Positions 11,290 to 24,700 of a DNA stretch of 64,000 nt are shown in pieces. Where the stretch lies: positions 2,046,001 through 2,110,000 of the forward strand of contig JAYWIR010000034.1 of NCBI GenBank assembly GCA_036172245.1, read 5' to 3'. This stretch comes from Raillietiella orientalis. Its lineage: Eukaryota. Positions within the stretch are counted from its first letter, which is position 1; the number at the start of each line of letters is the position of its first letter. The notes below the pieces were generated by a model. It saw only the letters and a list, made by a program, of their open reading frames with translations. It was not told the origin of the DNA and did not search any database. Made by a program: the position numbers and the translations under genes.

Positions 11290-14200
11290 CGGGGGTATCT
11301 CGGCGCGTTCCCGGCGATTCCTCGGAGTGAGCACGACGACGACGGGGGACCCCGCACGGGCGCGCGGGGTGGGCGATGGTGGGGCTGTGGGGGTGGGAAA
11401 CTCTGCGGGGGTCGAATTTGAGGGGCGTGGGCAAACAAATCCGAGCGCGGCGGAACAAAAGATGTGAGATTCTGGGCGAGAATCGGGTGGCCATGGAAAC
11501 GGAAGGGACCCTGGCCCTCGCAGCCAGAGCGCCGGAGCCACGCTCTGCCGAAGGCGGTGGCGCACTCACGGGGCCTCCACGGAAACCTAGTGCCATCGCT
11601 GGAAGAGGGGGGTGGCGGCCCCCTCCCACTACGAGCCCCGGAGCGCCACCGCCTTCCACAGCCGTCGAGCGTCCTCCCTCGGGAAGGGAGGGAAAAAAAA
11701 AAAACAATCCCGGATCATCTGCGAAGGCGGGCATTATCCGGCGAGATCCTCGCGGCGGCGAGCCTTTACAGCTTCCGGGGTCTCCTCACGGCAGGGGCCG
11801 CCGTCGCCCTTCGCCGCGGAGGACCGGGAGGCGGAAGCGGCTCCCTGGGCGTGGTCGTCCAGACTTCCAGACTGCTGGGAAGTGCCCGGCAGCACTCCCA
11901 CACCGGTCTCCACCTGGCGGCAACCCGGAAGGGGGGGGGCGAACTGCCCTTCTCTTTCTTTCCTCGCTCCCGTGCTTGTTGCGTCGGGCTTCAGGAGGAA
12001 GAGAGCGTGGCGTGCCCTTCTGGCGAAAGCGTCCCGCAGGCGCCTCGGAGCTGGTCACGTGGGACCGGCGCGGACGAAGGACACCCGCGGTGCCTCCCTC
12101 CTCCTGCCCTGGGCCGTGGCTCACGGAGCGACCTTTCGCACGGGGGATCGCCGAGTGGCGGGAGAGAGCCGACCACAGGATGCAGTCACCGGGCAATCGG
12201 CGTCTGAGGATAGCAACAGCTCCAAGGGGACGGGAGACCCGCCTTCGTCCTCCCAGGGGCGGTATGGAAGTAGGTCGCGGCAGTACCTGCGGACCCCACG
12301 TGGGCCTCAATGCCTCCGGACGAACGCTCCATAGGGTTCATAGAATCTTTCCCGGGTCCCTCAGGCGGCGTGGTCACCTGACCGCCGGCGGATTTTCCCT
12401 TAGGACGCCCAACCGGACGGAGCCCCGGCGCCCTCGACCGCACCCGAACGGCGCCCGCGCAAACCCTGCGACCCCCCTGAGCTGTATGTCGCCCCCCAGC
12501 GTTGGATGGGGAGGAGAGGAGGGTGCTGCTCCGCACGCATCGGGTCACCCACAGCACCTGCGGGATGCCGCTGGTGGTTTCACGCAGGCCCTGGAGAGCA
12601 GTCGGGCGTCTCTGGGGTCCGAAAAGGGTCGGGCAGGTTCACCCTTCGCGCTTCACCTGGCGCGCCTCGGGGTTGGACGCGCGGTTCCTCTTGCGACCCC
12701 CTCGGGCTTTGCACGCCACCGGCGCTACAGGAAGCGGCCGGGAGGCTCCTCGGCACTGTGGGGACCGTCGCACTGGGGGATGCAGTGGGGAGGCATCCGC
12801 TCTTCCTCTTGCTCGGGAAGGGAGGGCAAAGAGGGTGGACAGTCCCTTCCACTCGGCGGAGCGAAACTCCCCCGGGAGGTGCCCCGACTCGAACTGCTCG
12901 GAACCCAGGGGATGCTCCTCTTCCTCCCTCCGGGCCGGACGGGAGGAATATCGGATAAACATAAGTTGTGAAGTGAGAATATGATAAGGAACTTGGCAAA
13001 AATTTGTTTAAAATGTTTCAACATTTCAACAACATTTTAAAGCCTTTCCACTGCAGGTAGCATCTCCTGGACCCAGCTCGGCTTCCACCAAATTCTCCGA
13101 ATGCGCTGGCAGCGACCTCTTCCCTCCGCGGTGCCTTCATCGACTTACCCTGGAATCCGGAGACGCGGGGCAGGATCCCTCTTCTCCTCCTTCTCTTCCC
13201 TCCATGCCTCTCGGAAGGACTTCTCCTCCGAGTGCAGACGCTCCTCCCCCTACCCGGGCACGCCTGTCGATGACGGCGACGTGATCCTGCGTTCCCGCTC
13301 GACCGTGACGCGGCAGCCTCGCTGATCGGCCGCGCCGTCGGCACCCGAACTACTCGCGGCCCGGGAGCAGGGCAGGCTGCATCCGCTTCCATCAGTGGAG
13401 ATTCTCCCCCGTGCCCCCTTATCCCCCGGAGTCCGTCAGAGAGGCTGCTGACCCATGCCATCGCTCCGCCCGCAAGCATTGCCACCTGAGTGACCACGGC
13501 CTTCCGCGCCTCTCTGTACCTGGAGGTCCTACGCGTCGTCCTGGTTGGTCGGGAGGCGGTCGACGCGCAGCCGTGGCGGGGACTCCACCCATCGCACGGA
13601 GCACCTCCTGCGGTGACTCGACGGAGGTGCGCGCTGCGGTGCTGAAGACGCTCAGGGAACGGTCGCCTGCACCTTGCTGGAGCCCGCATTTTCAGAGGAG
13701 AGGTCTTGCACGCTGTCGAGCTTCAGGGATCCCCTCTCCCCCATCCCCGTCTTGACCTCAGGGTCTGCATCCCTCGCACGGGTTTCTTCATTCGTCCAGC
13801 TTCAAACATGGCGGACCTTGTCTGCGTCGCCATCGCTGCCATGTCGCACGGCTGCCTTCTCGAAGGTGGAGCACTTCTGTTGACGCGGCGGTTGCCATCA
13901 CCACCTCGGAGGGGGGAGTGCCTGTCCATCAGAGACTCCTCCACACTACGTGCGGAGCGACGCGGTGCCCGTGGCACTTAGACAGGGAACACCACGAAGG
14001 TCCCGCTGGCGGCATCGCCGTCTGCCATTCCTGCTGACTGCAGGAGTCCGCGCTGATATATGCCGCCCTCCGGTGTAAAAGCGGCGCCCCCGAGCAGCCT
14101 TTCCTATTCCGGGGTCAGTCGCAGCCCAGTCCGAGTGCAGCAGTCGATCTTCCTCGATCTGGAAGGATGCCATGGTGACCGCGGTCTCCTCGGCGCCGGG

Positions 14201-16845
14201 AAAGCACTCAAAACTGGAATTTCTCAAGGATGTCTCCCTGCGACCCGGTTCGCCGCGGCGTCCTGCTCTGCGGTCCGCTCCAGCAGCCGGTGGCGGCATC
14301 GTTCGACGCGTCATCTCATCTGCGAATGCGCGGCCCGCATCACGGCGCGAGAGTTTTCCAAGCCTCCGGATGCTTTCCTCGCCGCGGCTCGCTTGACCAA
14401 GGTCCGATGTTGCGGCAGGAGGGCTCGAAACCTTGCCCTTCCTTCCCCTTCCGACCCAGCGCGAAGCCGCTGCTCGCCTGTCAGCGCAGCTCGCGCTGGA
14501 CCAGTGCGGGCGAGGCCTCCGTCCAGTCAGCCGCGTCCTCTTGGAGGCGCCTGCTCTGCGGGAACGGAAGGCTCCTCCACCCGCCACCCGCTCTGCTCGC
14601 TCCCCCGTCTGCATCTGCCTCTCGATCCCTGGGTTTCCAGAAGCAAACGAACACCGAAGGGACTGCGCCCGATGCCGTGTTGATGGGTTTCGTTCCCGCC
14701 GACTCCCCCTCTGCTCCCGCGCCAATCGGTTGAAGGCACTTAGCGAAGGTGGAGACGGCCGTCTTGGAAGACAAGGGGCCGGACCTGCCTCTCCTGACCG
14801 CTTCTTCCAACCTGGATTGGCGCCACCGAACGACCGAAGAGCTGTTTGATGAAAGTGGAAGCGCCTTCCCAGCGCCTTCCAAGCTCCCGGTTGCGGTTTG
14901 CCTTCGTGTGCTCAGGGCAAGCATAAGAAGAAATGGATCCTAGAAAGCACGCCGAGCGTTTGAGGAGGGCACTTAAGCTGCGGGTCTATTCGTCGTCGGT
15001 AGGGCACTTCAGTGTCGGCGTGGGAATGGCGTCCACACCCGATGCTTTGAGGAGCGAAGCGAGCGTGGTCGTCTGTTCCGAGGAAGATGAAGCAAGGGTT
15101 GCTTCCCATCAACGTTTCGGAAGAACTGCGAGCTGCTAATCCAAATATGACGTAAGAGGCAAGTTCCCTTGCGATCCCGCAGGAAAGAAGCAAGCTGTGT
15201 GTCTCGACGTGTCTCCGGTTCCCCCTAGAGGTACTTGGAAATCAGATTTCTCTGGTTGCGGCTTCGCTTGACACTTTTAATGCCTGCAACCAAGACAACG
15301 AAAGTAAGACGTCGCTTCCCTTCGTTCACGTCTCATAAAGGCTCCCTACTCAAGATTGCGCTCATTTACCACTTTACCGAAGGAACGAGTGCCTACAGCT
15401 ATCACGTGAAAAAAGAACAAAAAACCAGGGATCCTTTCCTTGATTGGAAAACTATTCCTTTCTTCCTTCCCTTTTTTTTTTTTTTTGGACTGCAACAGGG
15501 TATATAATTTGGTAGTGCATTTTTCTTTACTGTGTTTCGTTGCTCCACTTTCACGGGCAAATTCCATGATTCGAAAATCTGAAATCATATCATTTCCTAT
15601 ATATTGTATCATTGCCTACTGGAAAATTTTCACCTTTCCGAGGTCCATGGAATGTTATGGCTCAGCTGTGGTTATTCTGTTAGCACTTATCCATGCATTC
15701 TCTATTTCACTCTTGCAGGCTCCATGAAGTAAGTTTGTCGTTTTTTCGTGGCGTTTGTTCCAACTTTGCAAAAGCAAGTCAGTAAGTGGGAGTTGTGTTT
15801 TTGCATCTAATCTTACCTTAAATCTCAGATCACTTTTCCTTCGCTTATTATGATGCAGAACAGTATGCCGGTATCCCTCCTTGCTACTTGTATGGAAAGT
15901 ACATGCCTCCAATGAGGTTTTGGTATTTCAAATTACTCCTTGAAATGAAACTTGAGTGCAGAAATAGTGATTTCGGGTCAGAAGGGACACCTGTTCTATT
16001 CGCTCCATTATAGGTCAACAAACTTGGACTAGATTCCAAGGACGACGAGCTTTCATCCGAAATTAAAGCGATTTCCGTTTGAACACGTGGATTTTTTTTC
16101 TTTTCTTTTCTTCTTCTTCTTGTTTACGTACTTTTTTGTTTTCTTGGAAAGTTTCCAAAATTACATCAAGCTATTTCTTTTGGATTTGCGAACAACTACA
16201 AGTTGAAAATGTCTTCTGTGAAAAGTTTTCAGACGAATTTGTTTTTAGGAATACTTTGATTGCCTGGATTTCGAAAATCACTCTTCGGTCGTTTTCTTTA
16301 CTACGATTATTTCTTATAACAAGGCAAATTCATTTTCTTTTCTATCTTGCACTCTTTTTTTTTTTTTTACAAACAATTTGTTCCCAGTTTTCTCAATCTG
16401 ATAAATTTTCTTTATAAACGGCAAGATGAATCTTCCTGATTAGCCGGGGAGAAAAAGATCCTAGACATCAAAAAAAATACAAAGATAAGCAATAAAAGTA
16501 TAATGTGCAGCGTGTTCAAGTGATTTTAAATATAAGAATATAAATTTTTTTAAGGTATGCCTATTTTTGGTTAGTGATTGCCTGATGTATGTAGATTGTG
16601 TAATTTTTCCCCACTTTTGCTAGAAGCACTTCCATTTTTGTAGTTTTTGTATTATGCACGTATTTAATTCCTAAAGGAATGCTTATCGTAATTTTCCTAA
16701 CGCTAAATATTTTATAAACAAACAAAAAGCAAGTCCATGAAATTTTGGGTGCAAAATTCCACGTGTCACCAGATAAGATCTAATGAACACTTCATGCTTC
16801 TTATAGATTTCCTGTATTGCATTTGGGGAGGCATTCGTTGAGGCA

Positions 16846-16883
16846 TTATTATTATTATTATTATTGTTATTGTTATTATTATT
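16846..16883. repeat. (ATT)n/(GTT) microsatellite
   Basis: attattattattattattattgttattgttattattatt-type run. Confidence 0.9.
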
Positions 16884-18732
16884 AGAGATAATTAGCTACA
16901 ACAAAAAAAGAAGGAAAGAAAAAAAAAAAGAAAAAGAATGGAAAGGAAGGAAAAAAGAAGGAAGAAGAAAAAAAAAAAGGAAAATGGTGATTCAATGTTT
17001 GGAAGGACGAATGCTGCTTTGACATTTCCAAGCAAAAAAGCATTTCAACACATAATGTACAATAATTTGTTCTGCCTTGCTGGAAAAGTGTTTTTCCAGT
17101 CTCACCCCATTCTGTAATGAATTTCATGAAGTGCCGTGTTGGACGACTCTTCCTGTGAATGTGTCGTCGTCAGAATGTGTGATCGTAGCAGCAGCAGCAT
17201 CACTTCCTTGGTGAGCGATGTGAGTGTGAGGAGGGCAAAAGAGTGCCACGTCGCCAGCAGGAATGTGCAAGTACCAGTGAAGTGTGTTATTCATGCAGCT
17301 TGCATTTCGAACCAGTTTTTCCTTTTTTTTTCCTCGAGTGTTCACTTTAGTACGGACCCTGCTCAACAGAACCGTACCGAACTTTTTGCGTACACTCGCT
17401 GTGTGTAAATTTTTTTTGTAAAGTGCCAAGTTGGTTGCTGGGGTGAACGGTGGTGTCGAGACTAGTACAAAGCCGTTTTGGTGTGTTTTTTTTTTCCTAG
17501 CTTGATGTAATGTTTTTTTCCTTCTCTGTTTAGGTCTGAATAAAAATAGACCATGTTTGTCAGCATTCATGGCGATTGTATAGTAAAGTCGTCGAAATGA
17601 TGTTTTCTTATCTTTGGACTGACTTTCGGAATTTGAGTATATAGCATACAGTTGGTTCACTTTATTATTATTAATCGGTAAGTCTTGCTTTCAATGTATC
17701 CACGTTTCACGCTACACGTGCAGAAAGTTAATGTGTTAAAGTCTTTGCCAAACTTGTCCACACAACTTGCCTTACATTGTTTATGTAGGTAAAATGCCTT
17801 TTTGGAGTGAATGATTTACTGTTTAAGGTCAATAGTGGTTTTAAGTAAAAGCATTACCTTTACGGCATATTTTGTATGCTTAGTGTACACTATTGGAATG
17901 ATACGTGAAGTGTCAGCAACATGCTAGGTGCATAGAGCAGAAGACTGGAATATGTTCGGTTGCTTGTCATATGCTAGCATAACACATTCATTCGCTGTTT
18001 CAAAATCCGAATATTGAAGGTGTGTGTGCAACTTTTTATCTGCTACGGTAATACGAACAGTAAAAAAAAAAAAAAAATCGTTTCCTTAGAAAATAAATCA
18101 CTGAATGCTAGGATGAATTAAGAAGTAGTTGTGTAAATGAGCAAACCGAATCTAAGTTTGGTTACTGCTTACCTAAAGAGTGTCTATTAGTGGTCTCTGA
18201 AAAACAAGCCCTAGCTTCGAGTTTATCAAAATTGCCAAAGTTGATTAGTAAAAGTAAGTAAAAATAAGTAAGTATGCTTCACAAACAGCAGGATAATATC
18301 GTGATGATAATCTTATGTGCGTGTGTGAATTTTCAATTGGGTGGTTGTACACATGAAAATTGTGTTGGGCCATCTTTTTGAAATGCAAATACAAACTTTC
18401 AGATGTTTTGCTTCTGTTGTGCTAAAAGTTTTACATTTTTTTTTTTTTTTTTTTCATTTTTTGATTGTATCATGTATGCTTACCAGTTTCATTTTCTTTT
18501 GGCTTCCATATTATCAGTTCAGCATCATTTTGCAATTCAAAATAGGTATGCATTCTATTTTTTAAAATTCTTCTAGGAACAGATCCTAAATGAGTTCAAG
18601 AAAAAGTTTTAACATGCATTCTTGACATATTTGTGGATTTTATACATTGATTTTTCTTACTGGTTTCATGATTGGTTTATGTTGTAAGTAATGAGTTGAT
18701 TGTTGCGATAATCTTTGTGATTTCAATTCAGA

Positions 18733-21700
18733 ATGGACTCACAGCTAATAGACTCAATGGATGAGGAACAGTATTTAACTGAAAATAACGTATCTTACCA
18801 GTTGCAACAAGCCCAAGTTTACAACTATGATGAGATATTTCCTGCACTTCCAGATATTGTCTTGCAAGTTGAAAATGATGACTTGTACTCTTCAAATATA
18901 GCCAAATCAAGGATTGAATCCTCATTTGTTACTCAAGTATAATCACTTTTAACGTATATTATGTTTACTGTTGTATTTATTGAAAATCTTATGTAAATTC
19001 TGCATTATTTAGAGTTGTACTTCATATCTTCATCGAACATTTTGTAAATTTCATTTTTACATCAAGAAAAATTACTGCCTTAAATGTAACAATTTTTTTT
19101 GCATATGTGCTATTTTTTTGTATATCGTAACTTCATCTGAGGTCTCTGGCATGCATTTTTAAAGTAGATCGTAAATTAAACTGCTGCAAATGTTTAAATG
19201 GCATGCTCTTCACATATGTTGATGTGATGTTATCATTGGTTTGCTGCTTTGTGTAGTAATACAAATAAGGAGATGAATTCTAGAAAAAGGAAAGGAAAAT
19301 ACATGTGTTTGTATCCTTCATTTGCTTTTCCAGAATGAATACCAGAAATCAAAGCATGTTTTATACATTCATGTTATCAAGTCGTACAGTAAGCTATTGC
19401 TTATAAATTAGTGGAGGAAAAAGTAAATTAATGATGTTGAGGCAAATCTGGAGGAAAATATTTTCTCCAATATTAAGGCCTTGTAGTTATAAAAAGTAAA
19501 ATTTTATTACCTGCATTTGTAAAAAGAAGCTTTTTTTTTCCAGTTGCAGTGACTTAATAGATATATTGCAGTTAAGGAAACCATGATCGGTATAATGGAG
19601 AAGTGTAAAATTCTCTGCCTTGCTTGTATTTGATTCATGCTGCCATGAAATGGTATTAAATAATGGTCACGCTCATTCCTTTCATTGTGACATTATTTAG
19701 TAATGTCATAATGAAACAAATGAATCCATGTCTTCAGATAAGAATGGTCTACGATTTTGCCCTAAATTTTCATGATAATCTGTTCGCTATCAAAGCTGTC
19801 ACATTTGCCTCTCTCTCTCTATGCCTTTTGTTTTTAAGCTGCTGTAGTGTAATATATAATTATTTTACTTTTACGTATCCATTTTACAAGCACATTTTAG
19901 TTTTTTGGATAATATTGTTTCAGTGTTTTCTTGACCACATCAGTATTTAGGAGTTTGCTCATGCATCTGTTCAATAAAATACAAGCAGTTAAGAAGTCAG
20001 ATTAGTGAGCTTTTTGTTTCCTTTGAAATGTAACACAATTGAGTTTAGCATGTAACATGTGCCCTGAAATAGGTGGACCAAACTTGAAGAGCTTTTTCTA
20101 TTGTGCTTTAATTTTCTTGATGAAATATTGGGTAAAGTTTGCAACCTACTTTTTGTAGGTGTTGGAAGTTCCTTTAAAAGAAATGAAATACCTGGATTCC
20201 CAAGACAAATTTGGTGGTCAAAATGAAAAAACGAAAGTTTGTTCTGAAATTTTGCAGAAAACTGGAGCAAAAATTGAAATATCTTCCTCAAAAGATCATT
20301 CTTTGACATTCTTGATAACTGGCAAAGTAGAAGCAGTCAAACAGGCTTGCTATTTGATTGAAGAAAAGTTCCAGTTGCAGGTAGGAATTTTTTTTTTTTT
20401 TTTGTAATGATACTGTATTGTTTAACGAGGCGTATTTTTTTATTTATCAAGTTTTGAGCATTGTGTTCTCAAAAGCCTATTTTACTCTTGTGAGTAAAAT
20501 AGTGAGTATAACTACAGTGGTATGAATTGTTAAAGAGATTTGGATTATTTGTGATATGCATGTCAGGGATTATGCTTTACCAACCAAATAATTTCTTTAG
20601 AAAAAATTTTTCTTCACATATTCCAACAATAAAGATTGCATTATTAAGGACAAATGAAGTGTTTATTAGCAGATTTTTTTGATATCAATAGGGAAAGCAT
20701 AAATTCATTGGGAACTGCCATTATGTCAAATGCAATGTGTTTGTGTGATTGGAAAATGGATATCGAAAATAAGTTTAATGAGCAAGATTATTTCTGCACA
20801 AACTCTCCATTTGCGTACATAACGTTTATCCTGTAATGTGTTTTTTGTCTGTTTGCAGTTTTGTACATTATAAAAGGTTTATGATATCCTTTTTTTTTGT
20901 GTTCAAGACTCCAAGTTCCATAACCATTCCGAAACGTCATCATCGACATATTCTCGGAAAACTGGGCAAAAAACTTAAAGATTTGGAAAAAGTGACAGGT
21001 ACCAAAATTAAAATCCCTCCTTGGGATGATGCTTCTGAGACCATTCTGATACGTGGCCCTAAAGAAGGCATAGATAAAGCTGTAGAAGCTATACAGTCAA
21101 TTTCCCAAGAACAGGTAGATTTTGGACACTAGCAAATGTACTAAGGCAAACATTATTCATATAATGATCTAGGGGAGAAATTGTCGAGAAGAAGTAGTTA
21201 TTCCAGTATCATTTCATCCTTTCATTAAAGGAGCGTATGGTAAAAGACTAGATCATATCATGTCTGAATACCATGTGCACATAACACTACCCCAAACATT
21301 TCCCAAGAAAGATACTTTCGTCATAGCAGGAGAGGCTGATTCGGTAGTGAAGGCAAAAGAAGCGATTCTGAAGATATATAATGATATGGTATGATGAATC
21401 TACATCTAGATTAATGTAAAGTTATTGAGGCATCACATTTGTAGCAAAGTAGATCTTCAACTGTAACAGCAAACATATCCAACGATAAACACAAGTATTT
21501 GTTAGGTGTTAAAGGGAATGGAAAAGCAGAATTCTTGGAAAAATTCAATGTCAGTGTTGAGCTGCCACCTAGTGATTCTGATAGTGAAACAGTTACCTTA
21601 AGAGGCTTGCCTGAACACCTTGGAGAAGGTTTATAAATTGTTTATAAAAATAATAACCTATTTTGTGTCAATTTTTTAGCCTTGTCACTAGCATATTCTA

Positions 21701-24700
21701 AAACCACAAGTATGAAAACTGCTACTGTTGCTGTCCCCTTATGGTTGCATAAATACATTATTGGGAGAAAAGGTTCGCGGATTCAACAGTTTACACGTGA
21801 TTATCCTGAGGTAAAGATGTTTTCTTGAAATTCATGTGTGCAAAGATGTTGATTCGCATGTATGATACCTCAAAGTTGCAAAAGTTATTATCTGCTAGGT
21901 GCAAACAGTTGCATTGTAATCAGAATGGAGACAGAATGGGTGTAGTTCATAGTATTTCAGAACTTAAGTTGGAGATGTTTAGTGCATCTGGGTACTTTAA
22001 TATATGAAATTGGTAACAAATTTGTGAGTGAGTGTATTAAGCACTAATTATTATTTTTATTTGAAAAGTTTGCTAGCACTTTTTTTTTTTGAAGTCACTC
22101 TTGGATTTTAGAGGACTGCTGCAATTTTTCATTCGGATTTTTTTAATTATTTGAAAATTTTCTATTGGGAATTGATCAAGTGTATGTATTCTATGATGTC
22201 GTTCCTAATTAGGTTCAGAACATTACTGCTTATGGATTTTAGATTATTTAAATGCTCTATTGAAGTTAGATTGCATGTTTAATTTTATGTGAACATCATT
22301 GTGAATACAAATTATCATTCCCCTGATAGGTCAGCATAAAATGTGCCAAGGAAGAAGATTTGATAAGCATAGAAGGTCCAATGGAAGATGTTGATAAAGT
22401 TCAGAAAGAAATATTAAACAAAGTCAATGACTTACTGCAGCAGTTCAGCTGTGATGAGGTCAAATTTGAGGCAGCACTTTCAAAGCAGTTGAATTCACAC
22501 CCAGAATTTATTCGTAAGTAATCAGTATTTAAGAGTCAGTTGTATTTGTTTTCATTTATAAGGAATGAAAAAATTTGGAGTTATCAAGGATGTGATGGTA
22601 GGTGATGGGAACTTGGTTTGTGTCCGCCTTGAAGGTGCCAGTGAGGATGTGAGCAAAATAAAGGGGAACTTGGAAAAGTTGATTCAGAAATTGCTAACAG
22701 AAGACTATCGTGAAATTTATATTCAACAGAAGTACCATCGTAATTTAATAGGACCCAAAGGAGAAAAAGTTCGAGAACTTAGAGAACAGTTTCGAGTGAA
22801 GATAATTATTCCAGATGCAGGTAAGTTTCACCAAGATGTTTGTGTATTGTGGCAGTTCATGTTCCAAATTATTGGCACCCTGATTAATATATTTTCAAGT
22901 ACACTGAATAATACAAAATGAAGCTGTTCAAATAAAGTATTGTGGAGTCACGCATTGTTAAGCCTTTTCCAAGATGACGTTTTATATCAAAGGATTTTAT
23001 TATAGGGTTTTACTGAAAGCAATAAAAATTTGAAACTGGAATGCATCATTGACAAATTGCATGGTGCTTCAGTAGTCTTTTTTTTTTTTTTTCTGTTATT
23101 GCTGATTTCTTTTATGTGCAAGCAGATTTAGAAACTTAGTCTTCTGAGTGTTAGCTGTATATTATTATCTTTATACCCATTAATGCCAATCATAATTGTG
23201 TCATTTATTTCCAGCATGAGCCTTGGTATTTAATTACATAGAATATTAAAAAAAAGGGAACCCAAGGTCGTTAAAGGTTAATGGAAGATTTTTTCAAATC
23301 TATGTTGCATTCTTTTCATGCTTCCTTGCTTTAATTGTTCTATTGTGTTCTGTTTGCATGAAAATGTTTCTATCTTCGATTTCGGAGAGCGTTTGCTTTA
23401 ATTATTGTTTATATTAGAGCAGACTAGGTGAAAAACCGATCTGTTACGATTTGACACAAATATGTTAGAGTTGTATGCTTGTGCACCTTGTAATCCTCTT
23501 TCAGTCTTAATGAATTTTAACAATCCTATCTTATGTGCATTTTTAAGAATACATACACATCTTAAAATTGAGAGCAGGAATTCGCCCCAAGAAAATGTGA
23601 AATGATCCGTGAACATTGATATACAGAAATTTTATAAGTTGGAAAAGTCACCTTTCCGATTATGATGTCTGTAGCATTTTTGCCTTACGTAGTAATTTAT
23701 GGTTTTATATGGTATTGTGTTGTATTTTGTCTTCAGTATGACTTGTATTTTTTGGAAAAACTTTCTACTTTAAAAAACACACAATACTTGCCTGTGATCA
23801 TTGTGTAAAGTAGATTTTGTAGCTTTCACAGAAGTGAAAATGGAAGATGTTTTATGCCGTTGACTATTCATTGAACTTTTGGAGATACCGATGTAAAGTG
23901 ATGACCAAAGACATTTTGAAAGTCATTGATAATCAAAACTGGTTTAATGAGTCTGATTCATTTGACTACTGAAGAATGCTTAATTAAATTTGCTTTTATA
24001 TCTGGTTAGGGATAAATTGTTTTTTTAGATGCTAAGGAAGATATAATTACCATTGTTGGTCACAGAAACGATGTGGAAAATTGTTGCAAATATTTGAAAG
24101 AATTTTATTGTGACTTGCTTGAAAATAGCCATGAATTTGAAATGCAGTTTCCTAAGCATTTTTATCAGTTTCTTTCATCCGAGGGTATTGGAAAAGTTAA
24201 AGAGGTTTGTTATTGTCTTGTTTAAAAATAAACAAAGATAAACTGTGTTTATGAATCTTGTCGATTCCTAAAATACATAACGTTAACGTTATTTTTTTTA
24301 ATGTTTTTAAGCAAATAAGTGCTACATATATGTATGTAGGTGTATGCATAGATACATAAACGCATGTATGTATGCAGATAGATTTTTCAAGTTATGAGAG
24401 GGGCATGTGATCCATGGTTTTTTTGCTGCATAGATAATAAATAATATTTTAGATTGAAGAACAAACTTCCACCAAAATACGTTGCATTGAAAGTGAGGCT
24501 GGGAATGGAATCGCCAGGATAATTGGAAGGAAAGATAATGTTGAGCAAGCAAAAGAGTTGTTGAAAACATTTCAGGTGTGTTGGCTTCAGATTTTTGCCT
24601 TCCATTTTAGGCCTAAAAAATGTTGTGCTTCTGGTTTCTGTGAAATTAAAAACATTTAATCCTCTAATTAAGAAAGATTTGGAATATGATCAAATTCTAA

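Noticed and set aside
11376..12971. 531-aa + strand ORF
   Set aside because: Arg/Gly/Pro composition is what GC-rich non-coding DNA produces; GTG start; no motif.
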